Positions 12,218-23,719 of a DNA stretch of 64,000 bases are shown in pieces. This stretch comes from Mobula hypostoma. Taxonomy: Eukaryota. A program made the translations under genes and the position numbers. The first letter of the stretch is position 1. Every line of letters starts with the position of its first letter. The notes beneath the pieces are model-generated. The model worked only from the letters and a program-made list of their open reading frames with translations. It ran no database searches and was not told the origin of the DNA. The stretch is from assembly GCF_963921235.1 (NCBI RefSeq), contig NC_086108.1, positions 91,700,001 through 91,764,000 of the forward strand, read 5' to 3'.

Positions 12218-13690
12218 ATGAAAACACCAAGGAATTTAAAGTTGCTGGCCCTCTCCAACTCTGATTCCCCCGATGAGGACTGGCTCATGGATCTCCTGTT
12301 TCATCTTTCTGAAATCAATAATCAGCTCTTTGGTCTTGCTGACATTGAGTGAGAAGTTGTTGTGGCACCACTCGTTCAAATTTTCCATATCCTTCCTATA
12401 TGGTGTTTGGTCACCACCTTTGAATTGGCCAATGACAGTGGTACTGGCAGCAAATTTAAATATGGCATTGGAGTTGTGCTGCGCCACACAGTCATAAATA
12501 TAAAGTGAGTAGAGCATGGGGCTAAGCTCACTGCCTTGTGATACAGCTGTGCTGATGCAGATTGTGGAAGAGATGTTGCTGCCAATTCAAACTGACTGGG
12601 GTCTGCAAGTGAGCAAATTGTGGATGCAGTTGCATGAGGAGGTATTGAGGCCAAGATCTTAAAGCTTATTGATTAGTTTTGAGGAGATGATAGTATTGAA
12701 TGCCAAGCTGTAATCAATAAAGAGCATCCTGGTATATGCAGCTTTGCTGTCCAAATACTCAAGGATTGAGTGAACAGCCAATGAAATGCATCTGCTGTGG
12801 ACCTATCGTGCCGGTAGCAGTTGCTTCTCAAGCAGGAGTTGATATTTTTTATCACCAACCTCTCAAAACACTTCATCACTGTGGATGTAAATGCTGCTGG
12901 ATAATAGTCATTGAAGCCAGGCTACTGTGTTCTTCTTAGGCACCTGAGTAACTGAAGTCTGCCTGAAGCAGATGGGTGGGTGCCTCAGACTGCCGAAGGG
13001 AGAAGTTAAATATATTGGTGAACTCTCCAGCAAGTTGAACAGAGCAGCTCTTTAGTACTTGGGCAGGTACTCCATCTGGGCCGGATACTTACCTTGGGTT
13101 CACCCTCCTGAAGGATGCGGTCACATTGGCCTCAGAGACTGAAATCACAGGGTCACTGGCGGCTTTGGGAGTTGGTGAAGGTTCCTTCATCATATTTCAA
13201 TCATATGAATTAAGGTCCCCAAATTCTAGTATATGAGTTGTAAATGAAATATAGCCACATATGGCCATCTCCCCAATTTTACAAACAGGAAAAAACTTCT
13301 TTTTGGCTATTGTGTGGTTACCATTCAATGTTCATTACTTTAAACTGCATGTTAATGCAGGCTACACAGAAAGCTCTAACCGTTCTTACATTACACACAA
13401 TTTCAAATACTTGCCATTCTGATTCAAAGCCAGTAAATAGTATGGTGGATCATCAGCAGGAGTATACACTGCAGCCATGGCAATTAACACCAGCAAGGAA
13501 ATGGATGTCATGAGGATGTAGTCCAGTGCCAGTGTCCGGAAATATTTTAGTTCGCAGTGACTAATATAGTATTAAAATGAGGAAAGGTAAGCTGCTTTTG
13601 ATAGCAGAAGATATGGTGTTGACTGCCTTATGAATAGCAGAGCGGACTTGAGGACTGAATGGCCTAACTCTGTTCCTTTGTCTCATCATC

Positions 13691-14590
13691 ATATGGAAAG
13701 AAACTGTTGACATTTCTGGTCCAAATCCAGAACGCAGTGCGCGCAGCCGTACCGAATGATATCGTATGTGTTAACTAGGGGGCTGTGCACAATCCTGATT
13801 TGATGGAGACAGCCGTGAGAAGCATGGAGGAACACCTGGAGAAACTTCTGAAATGCCTGCTTCACTGCCGCTGCTACTGTGCGATCGAGAATCTCCGGAG
13901 GGGAAGGCCCCAAATCCTCGGCTTTGCCTATTGCCTGTTGCCGGGCCTGGGGTTGAAGCGCTTGGCAGAGAAGGTGCTCGGTGCTCGGTGTCGGAGAGCT
14001 GGTCGGAGGCTTGGAGTTTTCGGCTGGACTTGGAGTCGGACTGTGGTCGGTTGCTTCCAGGATGCTGCATTGGCAAGTTTGCGGTGCTGGAGTTTCACCG
14101 TCTGCGTGAGATGATGGGACTTTCGAGAGACTTTGAGACTTTTACCGTGCCATGGTCTGTTCTTATCAAATTACGGTATTGCTTTGCACTGTTGTAACTA
14201 TACGTTATAATTATGTGGTTTTTGTTAGTTTTTAAGTCGGTTTGTCATGTGTTTCTGTGATATCATTCTGGAAAAACATTATATCATTTCTTAATGCATG
14301 CATGACTAAATGGCAATAAAAGAAGACTGTGTGTCCTCATAATCTAAATCCTGCATCAAGACCGGGTGTGGAGAGGTAAGGTGACCCCAATAGAGAGGAG
14401 AAGGGGAGTGACTGGAGAGGACTCCAGGGAGGACTGAGGAGTGGTGCAAGATGCTGGACAGGTGGTGCCAATGAGCAGGGCTGGAGGTGAGAGACAGTGG
14501 CAGGTAAACGACAGGTCCTGGAGCAGCATGTCTGGGACAAAAAGAATTGCGGATGTTTTGGGTGGAAATCCTGCATGAGAAGCATGCAAT
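13691..14590 (-). mobile_element. Divergent Penelope-type pLTR remnant interrupted by the 13729-14345 insertion
   Basis: Rejoining the flanks gives a degenerate hammerhead-like GGTCTTGATGCAGGATTTGGACCAGAAATGTCAAC on the minus strand. A second remnant lies at about 14550-14580. Confidence 0.55.
13729..14345 (+). mobile_element. Non-autonomous, CpG-rich retroposon, copy 1 (slightly 5'-truncated), TSD AAATCC
   Basis: Homologous end to end to 45784-46477 and 49224-49850. AAATCC at 13723-13728 and 14346-14351. Ends CATAATCT. Confidence 0.85.
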
Positions 14591-14598
14591 CTCTTGAG

Positions 14599-15720
14599 CA
14601 ACACTCACAATGCGCTAGAGGAACTCAGCAGGTCGGGCAGCATCCATGGAAAAGATCGGTCGACGTTTCAGGCCGGAGCCCTTTGTCAGGACTGTAGGGG
14701 GAAGGGGCAGAGGCCCTGTAAAGAAGGTGGGGGGAGGGTGGGAAGGAGAAGGCTGGTAGGTTCCAGGTGAAAAACCAGTAAGGGGAAAGATAAAGGGGTG
14801 GGGGAGGGGAAGCAGGGAGGTGATAGGCAGGAAAGGTGAAGAAAGAATAGGGGAAAACACAATGGGTAGTAGAAGGAGGCGGAACCATGAGATAGGGGCT
14901 GGGGGAGGGGGCAGAGTGAAATAGGGATAGGGGAAGGGAGGGGGAGGGAATTACCAGAAGTTGGAGAATTCTATGTTCATACCAAGGGACTGGAGACTAC
15001 CTAGACGGTATATGACGTGTTGCTCCTCCAACCTGAGTTTAGCCTCACCATGGCAGTAGAGGAGGCCATGTATGGACATATCTGAATGGGAGTGGGAAGC
15101 AGAGTTGAAGTGGGTGGCTACTGGGAGATCCTGTCTGTTTTGGCGGACAGAGCGGAGGTGCTCGACGAAGCGGTCCCCCAATCTGCGTCGGGTTTCACCG
15201 ATGTAAAGGAGGCCGCACCGGGGCACCGGATGCAATAGTGGTGGGGTCCTGTTGAAGGTGGCGGAAGTTGTGGAGGATAATGTGCTGGATCCGGAGGCTG
15301 GTGGGGTGGTAGGTAAGGACAAGGGGAACTCTTTCCCTGTTGTGGTGGGAGGAGGATGGGGTGAGAGCCGAAGTGCGGGAAATGGAGGAGATGTGGGTGA
15401 GGCCATCATTGATGACAGCAGAAGGGAAACCACGATCCTTAAAGAAAGAGGACATTTGAGATGTCCTAGAATGGAAAACCTCATCCTAGGAGCAGATGCA
15501 GTGGAGATGGAGGAACTGGGAATAGGGAATGGCATTTTTGCATGTGGCGGGGTGGGAAGAAGTATAGTCGAGGTAGTTATGAGAGTCAGTGCGCTTGTAG
15601 AAGATGTCAGTGGACAGTCTGTCCCCAGAGATGGAGACTGAGAGATCGAGAAAGGGGAGAGAAGTGTCCGAGATAGACCAAGTGAATTTGAGGGCTGGGT
15701 GGAAGTTAGAAGTAAAGTCG
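14599..15720 (-). mobile_element. Penelope-like (Neptune-type) element: RT C-terminus, GIY-YIG endonuclease and pLTR; 5'-truncated, internally deleted, 10-bp TSD
   Basis: CGLLYIGETRRRLGDRFVEH...HFNSASHSH...LEEQHVIYRLGSLQSLGMN and RVPLVLTYHP motifs. ATCTCTTGAG at 14589-14598 and 15721-15730. Hammerhead mutated (CUGACAA). Confidence 0.93.
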
Positions 15721-16940
15721 ATCTCTTGAGTCTCATATTTACAGTCCAGTCCTACCTGAGTACAACTGACTGGCCTACTTCAAGAGCAACGGAAGTCAAA
15801 GATGTCCTGTGGAATGGTGTTACATTTAGGCCAGACTGTGCAGAGACATGAGGGTCACAATATTTAATTGTTCTTTAATAATTATCATCTGTTTAATCAT
15901 TAACCCAGATTTGGGCTCATGAGCTTTGGGTTTCTAGCTTCTTCATTAAATCACAACTTTTTTGCGTCGTGCTATAATTCTGCACTGATTATGGTATCCT
16001 GGATGGACACAAACCTGATAACACCTTATGTATTTTTTTTAAAGTGTTCAAATAACAGCTGAGAAATCTAATGCATGACACCTTAAATGAAAGCATTGCT
16101 TTTGAAATCAAATTAAACCAAAGAAAATACCTGCAATATTGATTTTCCCTTTTACAATCTCCATTTTTTGGCAAAGAACACGGATACACTGTACATTGGG
16201 AAAAAGATCATTGATATATCTATTCCGAGTTCCTGTGAGATCCAACTGGAACAGATCAAACATGCAGAAGTATTTATTATCAGGAACAGAATCTTTAACA
16301 CGTTGATTCATATAATTGTGCAAGTCCCTAGTTAGACGTCTTTAATATACTCAGAGCAATATCTGGAGATTTTAATTTGTGAAATAGCAGCATCTAGTGG
16401 AAAACAACTCTGTACTGATATTATCATTTTCAATGCAGAAAAGCTGGGTCAAGTTATCCAAGTAGATTTGCTATTGGCAAGATATAAATTCTGAGTGGTG
16501 CTAACACATCAGAAATTGCTCCAATTACTTTATGTGGATTTCCTTTATATTTTTTTCTTTTTTGGCTTTTTAAAAAAAATGTGCATGCTAGGCTTCTGCC
16601 TCACCATTACTTCTCCTTATTGCTACGGGATGAAATACGTTGTTGCCACTTTGAATGACATTCCAAATTCTAGGGCCCAACACTTCAGTAAATGGAAGTT
16701 GTTAGCTGAAGAGAACACAGGGGGGTCTAGGAGGAAGCCTGCCACTTCCTAGAGATTAATTTAAAAAAAGAAAAAAAAGACAAGCAAGAGCATCTGAGAC
16801 ATACACAGATGGTTTATCTTGGCAAACAAGTTGATGGGTATTGGGCGTATGTACTGTGGTGAGATTTAACACCTAATTCTGTGTTTCTAAAATTCAATCC
16901 CACCTTCCCCAACAACAATAATTGATAAAAAAAAATAGCT

Positions 16941-17052
16941 AATATTACTTATAGGAAAATCAGTGGGAGGCAAATATTATATTTTTACTTGCATGCTGAA
17001 AATATACAAGTGAAACAATATTTGCCTCCCATAGATTTTCCTAATAAATATT
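16941..17052. repeat. Imperfect inverted repeat / hairpin of about 110 nt (MITE-like or pre-miRNA-like)
   Basis: TAGGAAAATCAGTGGGAGGCAAATATT...ACTTG pairs with CAAGT...AATATTTGCCTCCCATAGATTTTCCTA. Confidence 0.8.
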
Positions 17053-17132
17053 TTTAGAGCATAGGACACAAGAGCAGAAGAGGCTGTTTTCGGCCCATCG
17101 AGAACACACCACAATTCATGTATTAGCCATGT

Positions 17133-17455
17133 AGGGTAATGAGTCTGTGGAATTCATTGCCACAGGCAGCTGTGAGGGATAAGTCAATGGAGACCGTGAC
17201 GAAGGGTCTTGGCCCAAAACATCGACTGTACCTCTTCCTAGAGATGCTGCCTGGCCTGCTGCGTTCACCAGCAACTTTTATGTTTAAAGTGGAGGTTGAT
17301 ACGTTCTTGATTAATAAAGCCATCAAAGGTTCCAGGGAGAAAGCAGGAGAATGGGGTTGAGAAGGGCAATACAGTTAACCAGCCATGATGGAATGGCAGA
17401 GCAAACTTGATGGGCTGAATAGCCTAATTCTGCTCCTTTCTCTTATAGTCTTATT
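17133..17455 (+). mobile_element. CR1 3' end containing an inserted Penelope pLTR fragment (about 17195-17283, +)
   Basis: LWNSLPQAAV motif and CR1 tail. Insert TGACGAAGGGTCTTGGCCCAAAACATCGACT...CAACTTTTATGT matches the 1316-1446 pLTR. Confidence 0.8.
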
Positions 17456-17839
17456 ATATAAAAACCTTTTGCATTCATATCTACTGCAGGGCTGAGAAAT
17501 GCTGTCATTTGTTCTTGTAAAATCTGATTAGTCTTTCATCAGAAACGAGATTAATTAGAACTGATGGAGCAAAGTGCTGATAAATTATAAGAAAAACAGA
17601 AAAAGTTGGTAGTTCTCAGCAGGTCAGGCAGCATCTATTGGGGAGAGAAACAGAGTTGGAATTTCAGGTTCAGGGCCCTTCATATTGATGCAGTTATGAA
17701 GAAGGTACATTAGCAGCTATATTTTATCAGGAGATTGAGGATACTTGGTATGTCACTGAAGATTCTAGCAAATTTCTACAGATGTACTCTGGAGAACAAA
17801 AACTGATTTCATCGCTGGTTGGAGTGGAATGGCAAGGAG

Positions 17840-18250
17840 ATTTCTCAAACTTCCAGTAATGCCTCCACTCCCACCTTCACCATTTCCCACCCCCTTGTCC
17901 CTCTCTCATGTTACCTCCTTGCCCGCCCATCGCCTCCCTCTGGTACTCCTCACAACCCCCTCCCCTTTCTTCTTTCTTCCATGGCCTTCTGTCTCTTTCA
18001 CCAATCAACTTCCTAGCTCTTTGCTTCATCCCTCCCCCTCCAACTTTTACTTATCACCTGGCGTTTCTCTCTTCCTTCCACCCACCTTTCAAATCTATTC
18101 CTCAGCTTTTTTTTCTCCTGCTGAAGGGTTTCGGCCTGAAATGTCAACTGTACTTTTTTCCATAGATATAGGTGCTGCCGGGCCTACTGAGTTCCTCCAG
18201 CATTTTGTGTGTGTTGTTCACATTACCAACACCTGCAGATTTTCTCTTGT
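17840..18250 (+). mobile_element. Penelope pLTR/3' end within a Rex1-type fragment (about 17690-18393)
   Basis: C/T-rich tract, variant hammerhead CTGCTGAAGGGTTTCGGCCTGAAATGTC and pLTR terminus. Host ends in a GATTCTGATTCT tail. Confidence 0.8.
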
Positions 18251-18595
18251 TTGTGATTTCATCACAATTATGATCTTGTTTTGCACTACTTACATGCTTT
18301 TATAGTAATTTGTAGTATTATTTATGTATTGCTGCCACAAAACAACAGATTTCACAACATATGTCAGTGATAATAAACATGATTCTGATTCTAATTCATC
18401 AGAAAAGCAGGAATAAGAAAATCAACTTGTTTTAATTTGAAGAGAGGAGGAAACACGAAGGGAACAGAGGGATTAGGTTGCGACCAAAGCCGTCAATTAC
18501 TTTAGAAGCTGAGGGTTAAAGACAGAAAAAAAAGACAGAAATATAAAGTACAACCTTACAGATAGAAGGAAAACAAAAACCAGTCTATACTGTGG

Positions 18596-19010
18596 CAATA
18601 CACAGAAAATGATGAAGGAAATCAGCAAGCCTGGCAGTGCCTATGGAAATGGATAAACAGTTAGGCCAAGACCCCTCTTCAGGACTGAGAAGGAAGCGGG
18701 AAGATTGCCAGAATGAAAAGGCGGGGGAGAGGAAGGAGACGAACTGGAAGATGATAGGTGAAGTCAGATGTGTGGGAAAGGTCAAGAGCTAGGAAAGAAA
18801 GAATCTAATAGGAGGGGAGAGTGGACCATAGGAGAAAGGGAAGGATGAGGGGACCCAGGGCGAAGTAATAGGCAGGTGACAAAAGGTAAAAGGTCAGAGT
18901 GAGGAATAGAGGAAGAGGGATGGGGAGAAAATAGTTTACTGGACGGAGAAATCAATACTTATACCATCAGGTTGGAGGCTACCCTGACAGAATATAAGGT
19001 ATTGCTCCTC
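18596..19010 (-). mobile_element. Penelope 3' end/pLTR, degenerate
   Basis: pLTR terminus, purine-rich tract and GIY-YIG C-terminal codons (CCATCAGGTTGGAGGCTACC as at about 1783-1801). Confidence 0.8.
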
Positions 19011-19632
19011 CCCACTCATTTTTGTTTGGTGTTTCTCCAATGCGAAGGAGCACACATCAAGTGCACTCTATGCAATATACTAAGTTGGATGAACTGTAAA
19101 TAAATTGCTGTCTCACCTGGCTGGCTCCCTGGGTGATGGGAATGCAGCTGAGAGATGCTTTTTGGCGTTGGAAGATTTGATCAGGATAAATAATAACCAA
19201 TGTACTGGTCAGCATGAACCAGTTGATCCCAGTTCCATGCTGTATGACTCTGTGAATCTATAAGATCTGTTTGGATCTTAGGTAAGGTCAGGGGGTACAG
19301 ATCACCTGCTGCCCAGGGTTATTTGCTGCCACCTCTTGTTCCACAATGTTTCCTCCATTGTGGCCTCAGGCACAGAATTTCATTGGGAACCCAAATTCCA
19401 ACACATCAGTGAGGCATATTTACCATTTGTAAAAGGCGTTAATGTTATTTAACATTTGTGAACTCACAAATGTTCAAAATGTTTTGAAAATTAATAGAAG
19501 CAAGCTTTTTTTTAAAAAGAGTGAAGATTAAAACACACTCACAATTAAAGACAGTTAAATGAACTGAATTAAATTTAAGGAAAGCTCCTACTTACTTTTC
19601 TCCCGAGAACTGTTCTCTCTCCATTCAGCATC

Positions 19633-21445
19633 ATGGGTCATAGAGCACTACAACAAAGTAACGGACCCTTCAGCCCATCTAGCCCACATCAACCTGTTTT
19701 TCTGCCTAGTCCCATATACCTGTGTACAGCCCTCCATACACCCTCCCATCCATATACCTATGCAATCTTCCCTTACATGTTGCAATTGAAGCTGTATCCA
19801 CCATTTTCACACTCACAGTGAAAAAGTTTTTCTTGAGATCCCTCTTAAATATCCCCTTAATCTCTTTGAGGAGATTACAAGTAGGATAGATAAAAGGGAT
19901 GTAGTGGATGTTGTACATTTGGATATTCAGAAGGCCTTTGACAAGGTGCCACACATGAGGCTGCATACCAAGTTAAGAGCTCATGGTATACAGGAAAGTT
20001 ACTAACATGTTTAGAGCATCAGATGATTAGTAGGAGGCAGCAAGTGGGGATAAAAGAATCCTTTTCTGGTTGGCTGCAGTGACTAGTAGTGTGCCACAGG
20101 GATCGATGTTGGAACCACTTCTTTTTATGCTGTATATAAATGATTTAGATGATGGAATAGATGTGTTGCCAAGTTTGCAGCTGATACAAAGATTGGTGGA
20201 GGTGCAGGTAGTATTGAGGAAATAGGTAGGATGCAGAAGGACTTAGACAGATTAGGAGAATGGGCAAGAAATTGGCAAATGAAATACAATGTTGGAAAAT
20301 GCAAGGTCATGCACTTTGATAGTAGAAATAAATGTGTGGACTATTTTCTAAACAGGGAGAAAATCCAAAAACCTGAGATGCAAAGGGACTTGGGAGTCAT
20401 TGTGCAGAATACCCTGAAGGTTAACTTGCAGGTTGAGTCGGTGGTGAGGAAGGCAAATGCCATGTTAGCATTCATTTCAAGAGGTCTAGAATACAAGAGC
20501 AAAGATGTGATGCTGAGGCTTTATAAGGTCCTGGTGAGGCCTCACTTCCAGTATTGTGAACAGTTTTGGGCTCCTCATCTTAGAAGAGATGTGCTGGCAA
20601 TGGAGAGGGTCCAGAGGAGGTTCACAAGAATGATTCCAGGAATGAAAGGGTTATCATACGAAAAATGTTTGATGGCTCTGCATGTGTACTCACTGGAATT
20701 CAGAAGGATGAGGGGGGATCTCACTGAAATCTTTCAAATGTTGGAAGGCCTAGACAGAGTAGATGTGGAAAGGATGTTTCCCATGGTGGGAGAGTCTAGG
20801 ACAAGAGGGCACAGCCTCAGAATAGAGGGGCACCCTTTCAAAATAAAGATCCGGAGAAATTTCTTTAGCCAAAGGGTGGTGAATTTGTGGAACGTTGCCA
20901 CATATGGCTGTGGAGACCAGGTTGTTGGGTGTATTTAAGACAGAGAATGATTGGTTCTTGATTGGCCATGGCATCAAAGGTTATGGGGAGAAGGCTGGGA
21001 ACTGGGGTTGAGGAGGATCGGCCATGATTTAATGGCGGAGCAGACTCGATGGGCCAGATAGCCTATTTCTGCTCCTATGTCTTATGGTCTTATATTTCAC
21101 CTTTCATCCTAAAGCTATAACCTCTAGTTCTAGTCTCACCCAACCTCAAGAGAATAAACCATTGAATATATGTAAGTTGAACTATCCATTAATTTACAAA
21201 TTTTCCAATTTGTAGACTTTATTGGTGAATGAACCTTAAATGAAAATGCTGATGTTGTAATAGAATCATTGACGTATGATGTTTCACACTCGCAGTGAAG
21301 ATGTTTTTCTTCAGATTCCCCTTAAATATTTCACCTTTCATTCTAAAGCTATAATGCCCAGTTCTAGTCCCAATTAAACTCAGGAGAAAAAGCCTGCATG
21401 TACGTATCCGTTCTATGCCCCCTATAATTCTGTACGTCTCTATAA
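19633..21445 (-). mobile_element. Older CR1 3' end, split and partly duplicated (19633-19850, 21093-21158, 21282-21445)
   Basis: Homologous to the 3' UTR of 10867-11250 and interrupted by the plus-strand CR1. Confidence 0.7.
19857..21092 (+). mobile_element. CR1 LINE RT to 3' tail
   Basis: 235-aa ORF 20231-20938 (QKDLDRLGEWARNWQMKYNVGKC...RRNFFSQRVVNLWN); tail TCTTATGGTCTTAT. Confidence 0.93.
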
Positions 21446-21866
21446 GAATGGTTCTTCTGAATTGTGACTCAGTTTACCCATCACAGGGGCAGTTGGTGAC
21501 AGGATAGAACCTGTCTCCACTAGCTTAAATACATGCCTATGCTGGATGCAAGCACTTCTGCTGAGAAACAACAATAAGTCCCAGTATAATTGCTGCTGCC
21601 AGGGCATGTGATTTAACCTAGTATTTGTGACATTAATTTCCTGGACAAACTTTGGCCAAAATCAACTTGAAGTGAACACTGCATGTGGTTACCTAGAAGC
21701 TGATTGCCTCCCGAGTTTCGATACTATCAGTAATGTAGTCTGCACTGGAGACGATCCATTATATTCATTATAATCCTATACTCAATCTCATTCACTGCCA
21801 GGAAGGTCCGAGTACTTTACCTTTATAGATTTTTCAGATTCATAGCATGGAACCTCAGGAGCAACA

Positions 21867-22413
21867 TACACCTGGTTGTCACCTTATTTGGTACCTCCTC
21901 TACCTAATGAAGTGGTCACTGAGTGTACGTTTGTGGTCTTTTGCTGCTGTGGCCCATCCACTTCAAGATCCGACATGTTGTATGCTCTGTGATGCTCTTC
22001 TGCACAACACTGTTGTAACGTGTTGAGTCACTGTTGCCTTCCTGTCAGCTTGAACCAGTCTGGCCATTCGCTTCTGACGTCGCTCATAACAAGGCATTAC
22101 CACCCACAGCTCACCAGAGTTTTTTTTATTTTTCATGGCATTCTTTGTAAACTCTAGAAGCTGTTGTGTGTGAAATTCCCAGGAGATCATCAGTTTCTGA
22201 GATACTTGAATCACGCAGTTAGGCACCAACAATCATTAATGGTTAAAGTCAATTAGATCAAATTTCTTCCCCATTCTGATGCTTAGTCTGGACAGCAACT
22301 GAACCTCTTGACCAGATCAGCATGCTTTTATGCATTGAGTTGCCACCACAATTGACTGATTAGATGTTTGCATTAGCAAACAGGTGTACCTAATATAGTG
22401 GCCATTGAAAATA
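21867..22413 (-). mobile_element. Tc1/mariner non-autonomous derivative with terminal hairpin made of two TIR copies
   Basis: RMARLVQADRKATVTQ (ORF 21963-22232). TIR-like TACCTAATNAAGTGGYCAYTGA at 21901-21927 and 22387-22413, with an inverted copy at 21867-21894. Confidence 0.85.
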
Positions 22414-23510
22414 TAAAAGTTTAACTATCTATAAATTTATGAATTTTTCAATTTGTAAAATTTATTCGTGAATGAATCTTAAACAAAAATACCAATGTTA
22501 CAATAGAATCACTGATGCATGCAGAAAAGAATGAAGCCATCTTGCCCATTGGTGTTAGACAAATCCAAAACTAATTTCACAGATCTCCACATTATCCAGT
22601 CTTAAATTTGATTTGCTTCAAAACTTTATCTGATTTGGACCTTAAAAAAAGTGAAATACCTACCATAATGATTTCATTATGGGAGGACAGTCTGTGCTGT
22701 GACAACCAAATAAAATTTCTCAGACTGTTTTCCCAGTTTTTATCAACCCGTCAGCAATTTATTTCTTTCCCTTTGGTCCCGTATACTTACCTAAGCTCTT
22801 TCTGGAAACATATCAAGCGTTTCGCCTCAGTCTCTTCTCTATGGTTAAGAGTTCCACATCCTAATCACTTTATGCAAAGAAAAATCATCGTATTTCCTTT
22901 TTGGATTAAGTTTCTCCATTTGTCCCAACAAAATTTACATTTTAAAATCTCCAGAAAAATTCCCCAGACCGTCCTTTGCTAGAGCGGAATTGGTCACAGT
23001 CTATCAAGTATCAGCATCTCAAGTTGCTCCTAATAACAAAATATGTTATTCTTGCCAGCCACTTGGGAGTCTACATGATATGCTATGTAAGGCTTTAAAA
23101 TCTGTTCCTTCCCATAACTGGATATCCAAAATGAAGAAAATACTCTTAACTGTGCTGTATAAATTTGACATAACTTTATTACTCTTTCATTGTTTGGGTG
23201 CAATGTGATGCTTGCTGTAAATAACTTTCAGCAAACTTGAAGATCCATTCAGTCTTGACTCTCACTCCTGTGTGTTGTGGTCAGGCAGGATTGCAGATGC
23301 CAAGGTGTAACTTCCCAATCCGCCACTGGACTCTGCTTTATGCCAGCTGAAGCAAGGAATGCATTAGAATGGGAATGACTAACTTGTTTGGAAAAAGTGA
23401 AGGTAAAATTTTTTATGTAATCTCAATATTCAAAAGTATTTTAAAAGACAAACTTATTTTCAAATTTATAAACATTTACTGTACATAAAACAGTTCTAGT
23501 TTTATTAACA

Positions 23511-23719
23511 GATACAAGAGGTACTGCAGATGCTGGAAATCTAGAGCAATACACACAATGTTGGAGGAGCTCAGACAGCATCTATGAATGAGAATTAGCA
23601 GTTGATGTTTTGGGTTGTTACCCTTAAAGAAGGGTCTCGTCATAAAACGTCGACTGTTTGTTCCCATCTGTAGAAGCTGCCTGACCTGTTGAGCTTCTCC
23701 AGCACATTGAGTATATTGC
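23511..23719. mobile_element. Fold-back Penelope pLTR mini-element with 14-bp TSD
   Basis: Arms are inverted about CCCTT-AAAG-AAGGG. TCTAGTTTTATTAA (23495-23508) and TCCAGTTTTATTAA (23720-23733). Confidence 0.82.

Larger units (their letters stand above)
8331..13190 (-). mobile_element. Rex1/Babar-type LINE, split by two CR1 insertions (pieces about 8331-8433, 10220-10866 and 12218-13190)
   Basis: ORFs 12673-12879 (MKCFERLV), 12236-12517 (SLNVSKTKELIIDFRK) and 10397-10696 (LFSLLPSGRRYR...FRNSYYPSTIRLLN). Pieces are collinear across the insertions. Confidence 0.85.

Noticed and set aside
13785..14197. Recurrent MHNPDLMET... ORFs in the three-copy retroposon as a novel protein
   Set aside because: They start at GTG and the reading frames shift between copies, so no conserved ORF exists.
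14659..14693. Other hammerhead copies as active ribozymes (also about 3657-3692, 3741-3775, 17197-17227, 34505-34540, 42957-42993)
   Set aside because: Each has substitutions in invariant core positions (for example CUGACAA, or AAAAC/AAAAA in place of GAAAC).
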